64,000 nucleotides of DNA from an uncultured Desulfobacterales bacterium (lineage in GTDB: Bacteria > Desulfobacterota > Desulfobacteria > Desulfobacterales > B30-G6): contig CAYVMI010000018.1 of NCBI GenBank assembly GCA_964452555.1, positions 32,329 through 96,328 on the forward strand, given 5' to 3'. Made by a program: the position numbers and the translations under genes. Positions 18,970-27,800 of the stretch are shown here, one piece after another. The notes under the pieces were generated by a model, which was not told where the DNA came from, searched no databases, and saw only the letters and a program-made list of their open reading frames with translations. Position 1 is the first letter of the stretch. The number at the start of each line of letters is the position of its first letter.

Positions 18970-19054
18970 ATTTTAAGAAATTAAATGATTAGAATCCTAA
19001 TTGTTATATAATTTCTATCGATTATTCTTAAAATCTGAAATGCTCCCATTAGGC

Positions 19055-20878
19055 TTATTTTCCGCCGAAACTATCCTCCCCAATCTGGGTAATGGCATCG
19101 CTGCTGTTTAGAATGGCGTTCATTTTTCCCATGCTGACGGGCAGTATCGACTGCATAAAAAATTGGGCGCTTTTAATTTGTCCTTCATAAAAAGCCCGGT
19201 CTTTTTTCTTGGCGCCGGCTTCGAGCAGTTCGGCTGCAATGGATGCCCGCCATAGAAGCATCCAGGCCATAACGGCATCGCCCATGACCTCCATAAAAGG
19301 ATAGGCATGGGCAAAGGCATCCATGACTTTATCCGACATGGCTGTTTTGCCCAAATGCATGGCGACCTCGCCCAGCTTGTTGACGGCTTCGGTAAGCTTG
19401 TCCGCCAGGCCGGCCAACGACGGCACGGCTTTGGCCCTGGCGATGGCAGCCTGGACCTCACCCAGCAGGTCCATTATCGGCCGGCCTTCGTTCATCCCCA
19501 ATTTACGGCCCAGCAGATCCATTGCCTGGATCCCGTTGGTGCCCTCGTAAATCATGGTAATGCGGCAGTCCCGGACGAGTTGCTCCTGAGGATACTCCTT
19601 AATATAACCATAGCCGCCGTAAACCTGCATACCCATGTTGCAGACATCATAGGCGCGATCAGAGACATAGCCCTTGGCAATCGGTATCAGAATATCTACG
19701 AGGCCCTTCAATTTTTCTATTTCAGCATCGTCATCGGAAATTTCGACGCGATCGTCGCACAAGGCCACATAATAGAGCAAACTGCGCATGCCTTCCACAT
19801 AAGCTTTCATGGTCAACAGTTGACGGCGCACATCGGGGTGTTGAATAATGGGGATGGATTTGGCTTCTTTTTCCCCGCTCATAACGGCTTGCAGGTTTTT
19901 TCCCTGTATTCGTTCCCGTGCATAGTTGATGGCATTGACATAGGACGCACTGGCGCAGCTCAGGCCCTGCATCCCCACCAGCAGGCGGGCTTCGTTCATC
20001 ATCAGAAACATGGCTCGCATGCCTTTATTTTCTTCTCCCAACAAAAACCCGCGGCAGCTGTCCTTGCCGCCCAATGTCAACGAACAGGTCGAGTTGCCGT
20101 GGATACCCATCTTTTCTTCAACGCCCGTGCAAACCACGTCGTTGGCATCGCCCAGGCTGCCGTCTGCATTGACCCATATTTTGGGGACCAGAAACAGTGA
20201 TATCCCTTTGGTTCCTTCGGGCGCGCCCTCGATTCGCGCCAGTACCGGGTGAATGATGTTTTCGGCCAAATCGTGCTCCCCGGAGCTGATAAAAATTTTG
20301 CTGCCGCTAATACTATAGGTACCATCATCATTCTTGACCGCAGTCGTAGTCAAAGCGCCCACATCCGATCCGGCCTCGGGCTCGGTCAGCAGCATGGTCC
20401 CGGTCCATTCACCGCTGTACATCTTCTTCAAAAACAGTTTTTTGAGCTCGTCGGTTCCAAAGGCTTCCACCAGTTTACCGGCGCCGTGTGTCAGTCCCGG
20501 ATACATCATAAAGGCATAGTTGGCGGCGTTGAAATAATCACTCGCCGCAAGTGCCACCGTACGGGGCATCCCCTGGCCACCCCATTCAGGATCTTCGGTC
20601 ATGGCCAGCCATTCCCCCTCTTTAAAAAGGTCCCAGGCCGAGTGAAACTCTTTGGGGACGGTGACCTGGCCGTTTTCAAAACGGGTGCCTTCCCTATCGC
20701 CGATTTCCCGCGTGGGCAGGATCTCCTTGATAGCCAGATTGCGCGCTTCGGATATAATCAAATCCACTGTTTTGCGGTTAAATTCCGCGAACGATTCATG
20801 TTTGCTGATATCGGCCACATCCAGCTGCTCATGCAGCACGAAATCCACATCTCTTCGATCTGCGAGTTGTTGTGCCAT
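19055..20878 (-). CDS. Long acyl-CoA dehydrogenase (with C-terminal extension domain)
   Basis: 607 aa; ...YEGTNGIQAMDLLGRK... ACAD signature. Confidence 0.95.
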   Translation of the reverse strand: MAQQLADRRDVDFVLHEQLDVADISKHESFAEFNRKTVDLIISEARNLAIKEILPTREIGDREGTRFENGQVTVPKEFHSAWDLFKEGEWLAMTEDPEWGGQGMPRTVALAASDYFNAANYAFMMYPGLTHGAGKLVEAFGTDELKKLFLKKMYSGEWTGTMLLTEPEAGSDVGALTTTAVKNDDGTYSISGSKIFISSGEHDLAENIIHPVLARIEGAPEGTKGISLFLVPKIWVNADGSLGDANDVVCTGVEEKMGIHGNSTCSLTLGGKDSCRGFLLGEENKGMRAMFLMMNEARLLVGMQGLSCASASYVNAINYARERIQGKNLQAVMSGEKEAKSIPIIQHPDVRRQLLTMKAYVEGMRSLLYYVALCDDRVEISDDDAEIEKLKGLVDILIPIAKGYVSDRAYDVCNMGMQVYGGYGYIKEYPQEQLVRDCRITMIYEGTNGIQAMDLLGRKLGMNEGRPIMDLLGEVQAAIARAKAVPSLAGLADKLTEAVNKLGEVAMHLGKTAMSDKVMDAFAHAYPFMEVMGDAVMAWMLLWRASIAAELLEAGAKKKDRAFYEGQIKSAQFFMQSILPVSMGKMNAILNSSDAITQIGEDSFGGK

Positions 20879-21178
20879 TTTTCCTCTCCTATTTATAAGG
20901 CTGTAGGCTATAGACTGTTAGGCTATTAGGCGCCTATAGCTCATTGTTATATGTTATAAGTTCTGTCTTAAACCTTTTAAACTTTTATACTTTATTCGCT
21001 CCCTCCAAAACTGTGATGCTGGTTGCTGGATGCTAGTTGCCGGATGCTGGGGCGCTAGGACGCTTTATAGCTGTACCGCGTAACCCGAATCCCACGACCC
21101 GAAACACAAAACCCGACCCCCGCAACCCGTTCTCTGCTTACTGCTTACTCCATACTGCTTACCGCTTCTGTCTCCTGA

Positions 21179-21823
21179 CTACTGCTCATCGCTGCTTCCA
21201 ATCCCGTGGATAAAAAGAGATACCAGCGGATCGGTCATGGATGCCAGGTCATATTTACTTCCGGAATGCAGCCACGTGTTGATAACCTCGTCCACCGCAC
21301 CTAAAATGAAGCGTTTGACCAAACCCACATACAAATCTTTACGGATGCTGCCCTCGGCCTGGCCCTGTTCCACAATTTCGGTCACAATATCCAGATACAT
21401 ATCAGACATTTCACGTATCTGGTCTTCCACCATGCGGGTCCGCTGGTGGGTTTCCGATTGGTACAAAATCGCCATATGGCGATCGGCCTGAAACTCCTGC
21501 AGATGCCGGCGGATCAGGTTGCCCAGCTTATCAATGGCGTTATCGGCCTTGTTCACCTCTTCCCGGAATCGCCCAAAAACCTGTTTGGTTTTGTAATTAA
21601 AAAACTGAAGCAGAATGTCATCTTTATTTTTAAAATATAAATAGATGGTACCGTCAGCCACCCCGGCTTCTCGGGCGATCTGGGCCACAGTTGACTGAAA
21701 AAAACCATTCTCGGCAAATATCTTGATGGCTGCCTCGAGGATGCGATGGTATTTGTCGTTATTTTTGCGCTTCTTGGGAATAATGCACCTCCGGTCTTTG
21801 AACCATTGTGAATGAATGCTCAT
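21179..21823 (-). CDS. TetR-family transcriptional regulator (FadR-like by context)
   Basis: HTH ILEAAIKIFAENGFFQSTVAQIAREAGVADGTIYLYF; start codon uncertain (see findings). Confidence 0.9.
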   Translation of the reverse strand: MSIHSQWFKDRRCIIPKKRKNNDKYHRILEAAIKIFAENGFFQSTVAQIAREAGVADGTIYLYFKNKDDILLQFFNYKTKQVFGRFREEVNKADNAIDKLGNLIRRHLQEFQADRHMAILYQSETHQRTRMVEDQIREMSDMYLDIVTEIVEQGQAEGSIRKDLYVGLVKRFILGAVDEVINTWLHSGSKYDLASMTDPLVSLFIHGIGSSDEQ

Positions 21824-21828
21824 TCATT
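21811..21828. promoter_or_regulatory. Candidate TetR operator: AATGAATG-ct-CATTCATT palindrome
   Basis: Perfect 8+8 inverted repeat spanning the annotated ATG and overlapping the predicted -10. Confidence 0.55.
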
Positions 21829-21854
21829 TTATTAGCCAATTAAGCGCATGTCAA
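21826..21854 (-). promoter_or_regulatory. Candidate sigma70 promoter of the tetR gene
   Basis: On coding strand TTGACA-17 nt-TAAAAT. Confidence 0.55.
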
Positions 21855-22110
21855 GCACTTTTTTGGATCATGTGTACCCAGTCACACCTGCCATTCTATC
21901 GAATAAGTAATTAATAATATTAGATAAAATAAAACATACCGATCAAACCGCCATTTTCAATTGCGGCAATAAAATTAAAATGAACTTATATTCATAATTT
22001 AGAACGACAGGGATAGTCCTGGAGAGACGGAAGGCAGAATATAGAATCGGGTTGTGGGTTGCATCTTGCAGGTTTCAAATTCGGTTTGCAATTATCATCC
22101 TCAATAAACT

Positions 22111-22195
22111 TGTCCCCTTGGAGGAGGGGATCGGGGATCCGGATTAGGCTCTGGGCCATCTGCAGGGACAGGATTCCCTCTTCCGAGGGAATGAC
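22111..22195 (-). repeat. Dual-hairpin REP-like element, copy C (inverted orientation)
   Basis: ggATTCCCTCttccGAGGGAATgac is the exact reverse complement of the copy B hairpin; the second hairpin is variant (gtccccttggaggaggggat). Confidence 0.75.
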
Positions 22196-22469
22196 GGGAA
22201 GGGCAAATGAAGCAGAAAGCAGTAAGGTCTAAGCGGTCAGCGGCCTAAAGCTGAAGGCTGTCAACTGCCGAACGGCATTCCAACCGCCAGCACCGAGAGT
22301 CCAGGATCAAGCATCAAGCATCCAGAACCCGGCATCATATTTTAGGGGTCAGCCGCCGTCGCCCCTTCGATATACTCAGGGCTATGACGGCCAGGGGAGA
22401 CAGAAGACAGAATGATGCTACGAGCTGCAGGTTACGAGTTGCAGGTTACGAGTTGCGAGATGCGGATCC

Positions 22470-22550
22470 GCTCATCCCCGAGAATCTGGGACTCAGATTC
22501 AGCTATTATCTGATAGCTTTCTCCGGAGCCCCTCTTCCGAGTGAGTGACG
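22470..22550 (-). repeat. Dual-hairpin REP-like element, copy D (degenerate)
   Basis: gctcatccccgagaatctgggact ... ggagcccctcttccgagtgagtgacg; decayed stems. Confidence 0.5.
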
Positions 22551-22633
22551 AAAGTAGTTAACTGTTAAGGAGTAAAATCAGATAACAAGAAGCTATAGGC
22601 GCCTAACAGTCTTCAGCCTAATAGCCTATCGGC

Positions 22634-24205
22634 CTAAACGATCTCAGAGGCTGAGTCCAGCATGGCCAAGGCTTTTTCCTTACCCACTAACTTAACAAAA
22701 GTGCCGAATCGGGGGCCACGCTCCTGTCCGAAAATAACCTCGTAAAACATGCGAAAGAATTCTTTGGGCTCCACCTCATATTTCCGGGCCACTGAAAAAG
22801 GCAGGGTCTGCATCTCCGCTTCTTGATCCCCGGCAAAATCGGCCAACACCTGACGGAGTTGGCCCAACATTTCCTGCTCTTTTGGCGTGGGATGACGATA
22901 TTGTTTTTGCGGTAAAATAAAATCCCGGTAATACGCCATGGCTTTGTCCACGAGATCGTTAACAATAGCCGTATATGCATTCACATTTGGATCGTAGCGT
23001 TTCAAATACCGGACAATCAATTCTTTGTCGTCGGCACCCAAAGCCGAAATCAGGTTGTTGATCACGGAAAAGTTTATGGGTGAAGCATATGATGGAATTT
23101 GTTTACCTTTATTAAATAGATGCCAGGCAGGCGTATCCGGTTGTTTCTCTACGGCCAGATCCGGATATTGCTTTAGGCCGGCCAGATAATCATCCACCGA
23201 TTTGGGTACGATACCCCAGTAGAGTCGTTTGGCCTGTTTAGGATTCTGGAACAGATAAAACAGCAGGGATTCAAGCGGTGCGTAAGTGGTCCAGGAGTCG
23301 ATGGTTAAACCTTTCCCAACACTCTTTGAAATTTTGCGGCCGTCTTCATCCAGAAAAAGCTCGTAAAAGAGACCTGTGGGCGGCTGCTTTCCCATGATGC
23401 GCGTAATTTTGCCCGAAAGCCGGGCCGAATCAATTAAATCCTTGCCATACATTTCATAGGCAATGTCATACGAGTACCAGCGTAAAGCCCAGTCAATTTT
23501 CCAGCCCACCTTAACGTTGCCGTCAAATACCGTGGTGTTGCCATGGTGTCCGCAGCAACGCAAGCGATCGTCTTCTTGATCGCAGACATAGTCGATGCTG
23601 TTGCTTTCAACATGGTAGGCGGTGACGCGGGTGCTGTTGATGCGACCGCACGATTCACAGATGGGAAAAAAGGGAGACCAGTCCACACGCTTCGCTTCAC
23701 TCATGGTGGGCAGGATCACATTCTTGATGGCATCCACATTCTTCAATATGACCGCCAGGCCCGGGTTAAAATCACCGCGTGCATATGCTTCGGCCGAGCT
23801 TTGAAAGCGGTAGTCAAATCCATAGTTATCCAGAAACTGATTCAGTTTCTGGTTCATGTAACCACTGTAGCTGTCACACTCCCCAAACGGATCGGGAATA
23901 TGACACAGCGGCTTGCCGATATGTTCCTTTAGCATCTCTTGTTGAGGCATATTCAGCGGAACTTTACGAAGTCCATCCATGTCGTCACTGAACGTAATCA
24001 GCTCTGTCGGCCATCCGGTCTGATGGGCAAAAGCATGTTGAACCCAGGTGGTCCGGGCCACTTCCCCAAAGGTACCGATATGCGGTAATCCACTGGGTCC
24101 GAATCCGGTTTCAAATCGGACCGGTTCCGAAGGTTCTTGGGAGAATCGTTTCTGAAGCTTGGCAGCCTCTTTGAATGGCCAGGATTTGTAATTGGCAGAT
24201 GACAT
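22634..24205 (-). CDS. lysK: Lysine--tRNA ligase, class I
   Basis: 523 aa; GPSGLPHIGTFGE (HIGH-like) and KISKSVGKG (KMSKS-like). Confidence 0.9.
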   Translation of the reverse strand: MSSANYKSWPFKEAAKLQKRFSQEPSEPVRFETGFGPSGLPHIGTFGEVARTTWVQHAFAHQTGWPTELITFSDDMDGLRKVPLNMPQQEMLKEHIGKPLCHIPDPFGECDSYSGYMNQKLNQFLDNYGFDYRFQSSAEAYARGDFNPGLAVILKNVDAIKNVILPTMSEAKRVDWSPFFPICESCGRINSTRVTAYHVESNSIDYVCDQEDDRLRCCGHHGNTTVFDGNVKVGWKIDWALRWYSYDIAYEMYGKDLIDSARLSGKITRIMGKQPPTGLFYELFLDEDGRKISKSVGKGLTIDSWTTYAPLESLLFYLFQNPKQAKRLYWGIVPKSVDDYLAGLKQYPDLAVEKQPDTPAWHLFNKGKQIPSYASPINFSVINNLISALGADDKELIVRYLKRYDPNVNAYTAIVNDLVDKAMAYYRDFILPQKQYRHPTPKEQEMLGQLRQVLADFAGDQEAEMQTLPFSVARKYEVEPKEFFRMFYEVIFGQERGPRFGTFVKLVGKEKALAMLDSASEIV

Positions 24206-24371
24206 AAGGTTTCACTTTCGTTTGCGCTAATCATAAGCCACCGACCTAGTCGGTGGTCGTTGACTCTCGTATTACCTTTTAAATTCGTTTGTTATCATCG
24301 CTATCGGGATCGCTATCGGGATCGGGATCGTTTCTTGATGAGTTATGCTCTGATGTTAGTGTTTCGATTTC

Positions 24372-24419
24372 GATACCGATACCGATACCGATACCGATAC
24401 CGATACCGATACCGATACC
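24372..24419. repeat. Perfect tandem hexamer (GATACC)x8
   Basis: Counted directly; flanked by degenerate units; imperfect inverse partner atcgctatcgggatcgctatcgggatcgggatcg at 24294..24330. Confidence 0.95.
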
Positions 24420-24680
24420 GATGGGGAAGATAAGCATATCCCCATGATTTTTCAAGCAAAGAAATAGATTGGTTTTAAGTTTTAGGTTTTAAGTTTTATG
24501 CTTGTATCAAGCTGAACGCCATCAGCCTAAAACAATCCTAACACTTAAAACCTAAAACCTAAAACTGAATATAAAACCTAAAACATAGACATCAATATCA
24601 GATTTTTATATATAATTTCAATTAGTTGAGTCTTTGCCCCCCCTAAAAACATATCAAGTACCACCTAGTGCCAATTTCTA

Positions 24681-24709
24681 TTGACAAGCCGCAGTCCGGC
24701 ATATACAAA
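24681..24709 (+). promoter_or_regulatory. Candidate sigma70 promoter for the hdr/met operon
   Basis: TTGACA-17 nt-TACAAA; weak -10. Confidence 0.35.
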
Positions 24710-24734
24710 TCTCCTTTGGTTTGCGAAGCTGATT

Positions 24735-24771
24735 TGCAAACGTTTGCGCTGCTGGGATGCAAACGTTTGCG
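24735..24771. promoter_or_regulatory. Two identical 14-mers TGCAAACGTTTGCG (12-bp perfect palindrome core), 23 bp apart; candidate LacI/PurR-type operators
   Basis: Cores at 24736..24747 and 24759..24770; extra half sites gtttgcg at 24719..24725 and ttgcaaac at 24780..24787. Confidence 0.6.
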
Positions 24772-24819
24772 GTCCCGAATTGCAAACCGAGAACAGGACT
24801 ACAACCAGGAGAATTAATT

Positions 24820-27800
24820 ATGCCAAAAGACGTTATCGGAGCGACGATGGTGGTCGGCGGTGGAATCGCAGGGATGCAATCAGCCCTGGATTTGGCCGAA
24901 TCCGGCTATTATGTATATCTGGTGGAAAAGTCACCGGCAATCGGCGGACTCATGTCCCAGCTGGATAAGACCTTTCCCACCAATGACTGTGCCATGTGAG
25001 TCATTTCACCCAAACTGGTCGAGGTCGGCCGGCATCTCAACATTGAACTGCTCACCAATACGGAACTCGTCAATCTGGAAGGAGAACCGGGCAATTTTTC
25101 GGCAAAGGTTCATCAGACACCCCGCTACATCGATCTGGATAAATGTACCAGCTGCGGTGAATGTGCCAAAGTTTGCCCCATTACCCGCCCCAATGAATAT
25201 GACCAGGGCCTCTCAACACGTCAGGCGGCCTTCAAAAAATACGCCCAGGCCATACCGGGTGCTTTTGGAATTGAAAAACGGGGCACAGCCCCGTGTAAGG
25301 CCACCTGCCCTGCGCATGTCAGTATCCAGGGCTACATCGCCTTGATCAACCAGGGCAAATATCAGGAAGCGCTGGAACTATTCAAAAAAGACCACCCTTT
25401 TCCGGGAATTTGCGGCCGCGTCTGTCATCACCCCTGTGAAGAAATCTGTACGCGCAATGATGTAGACCAGCCCCTGGCCATACGGGAACTGCATCGCTTT
25501 TTGGCTGATTATGAAAGACAACAGGGTGAATTCTATGTCCCCGAAGTCACCGAAACCCGTGAAGAAAAAGTAGCCGTCATCGGCTCCGGCCCGGCTGGTT
25601 TAGCAGCCGCTTATAGCCTGGCCCTTCAGGGTTATCAGGTCACGGTGTTTGAAAAATTGCCGGTGGCCGGTGGTATGATGTCCGTGGGCATTCCCGAATA
25701 TCGACTGCCCAGAGATATCATTGCCGAAGAAATTCGCGTGATTGAAAAAATGGGCGTGACCATCCAGACCGGCGTCACCTTTGGTGAAGACATTACCCTG
25801 GACAGTCTCAAACAGGATGGCTTTTCAGCTGTATTTATGGCCATCGGCCTGCATGGCGGCCGTAATCTGGGTGTTGAAAATGAAGATGCCGAAGGCGTTC
25901 TCCAGGGGGTTGATTTCCTGCGTGACAGTGCCATGGGCAAAGATGTGCCCATCGGTGAAGACGTACTGGTTGTCGGCGGCGGCAATGTGGCCATCGACGT
26001 GGCCCTCACAGCTAAACGCAAGGGCTCCAAAAACGTCACCCTGATCTGCCTGGAAGCCCGGGACGAAATGCCGGCCTGGCAGCACGAAATCGAAGAAGCC
26101 CTCGAAGGCGACATTGAGATTGTCAACAGCTTTGGCCCTAAGTCATTCTTCATTGACAAAAGCAACAAGGTCTCGGGGATTGAATTTAAAACCTGTACGG
26201 CCGTATTTGACGATGAGGGACGCTTTAATCCCCGGTATGACGACAATGTGTGTCAGCCCTTCTTTGGCGACACCGTCATTATCGCCATTGGTCAGAGCGC
26301 CCAACTCGAGCACATCGAGTCCCAGGGAATTCCGGTCACCCCCAGGGGCGGCCTGGAAGCCGATCCGCTTACGTTGCAAACCAAACTGGACTGGGTCTTT
26401 GCCGGCGGCGATGCCTTCTACGGTCCCAAATCGGTTGTGGACGCCGTTGCTTGCGGCAAGGAAGCCGCCGAGTCCATTCATCGTTTCATAAACGGCCAGG
26501 ATCTGGCCGCTGATCGGGAGCAAAACTGGGAATTTGATAAACCCGATATTGAAAACGAACCACACATGGATCGCACCACGGTACGCTGCCTGGATCCCGA
26601 AGCGCGTGAGTGTAACTTTTTGGAAGTCTCTTTTGGCTATAATGAAGATGAAGCCAAAACCGAAGCCCAGCGCTGCCTGGAATGCGGTATCTGTTCGGAA
26701 TGTTACCAGTGCGTCGAGGCCTGCCTGGCCGAAGCCGTGGATCATGACCAGAAACCCATGGACCGTGAGATCAAGGTGGGTTCCGTGGTCCTGTCTTCGG
26801 GGACGGATCTGTATGATCCCAGCGACCTGGCCCAGTTCTATCATTACGGCATCAATCCCAACGTCATGACCAGCCTCGAATTTGAACGCATCTTGAGCGC
26901 CTCCGGCCCGACCATGGGGCATCTGGTGCGGCCGTCCGACGAAAAAGAACCCCAGAAAATTGCCTGGCTCCAGTGCGTTGGTTCCCGCGACACCAACCGG
27001 TGCGGCAACGGCTACTGCAGCAGTGTCTGCTGTATGTACACCATCAAGGATGCCATGATCGCCAAGGAGCATTCCGGCGGCGATCTCGACTGCGCCGTGT
27101 TTTACATGGACATCCGTTCCTTTGGCAAAGATTACGAACAGTATTACGACCGCGCCCGCGACAAAGAAGGTGTTCGTTTTGTAAAAGCTCGCGTGCACAC
27201 CATCGCCGATGATCCCGAGACCCGCGATTTGATCATCTCTTTTGCGGACGAATCCGGGCAGATGCAGACCGAACGTTTCGACATGTTGGTTCTGTCCGTG
27301 GGCCTGCAGGTTTCTCAGGCGTCGGTCGATCTGGCCAAAACACTCGATATCGATCTGAACCATTACAACTTCGTGGACACCGATCCGTTTGCTCCGGTGG
27401 CCACCTCCCGTCCGGGTGTTTATACCTGCGGCATCTTTCAGGGCCCCAAGGACATCCCCTCTTCGGTTACCGAGGCCAGTGCGGCGGCCAGTGCCGCCGG
27501 CGTGGAAGTGGCCGCGGCCCGGGGAACGGCCATTAAGAAAATCACCCTGCCCGCAGAATTGGATGTGAGTGAGGCGGATCCGCGCATCGGTGTGTTTGTC
27601 TGCAACTGCGGCATCAATATCGGTGGCGTGGTGGATGTGCCTGCGGTGCAGGAATATGCCGGCACCCTCCCCGGTGTGGTTTATACCGACAACAACCTCT
27701 TCACCTGCAGCCAGGATACCCAGGAAATTATCAAGGAAAAAATCAAGGAAGAAAAATTGAACCGGGTGGTGGTTGCGTCCTGCAGTCCCAAAACCCACGC

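Noticed and set aside
24206-24300. T-box or other leader upstream of lysK (hairpin ccaccgac-cta-gtcggtgg at 24238..24256)
   Set aside because: The leader is too short and lacks a specifier loop or T-box sequence; it is only a single small hairpin.
24372-24419. Possible CRISPR or other spaced-repeat array
   Set aside because: It is a contiguous hexamer microsatellite with no spacers, and no cas genes are present in the window.
24681-25345. Track ORFs 24681..24968 and 24860..25345 as separate genes
   Set aside because: These are alternative frames over the hdrL 5' region. The frame beginning at ATG 24820 carries the FAD-binding and HdrA motifs.
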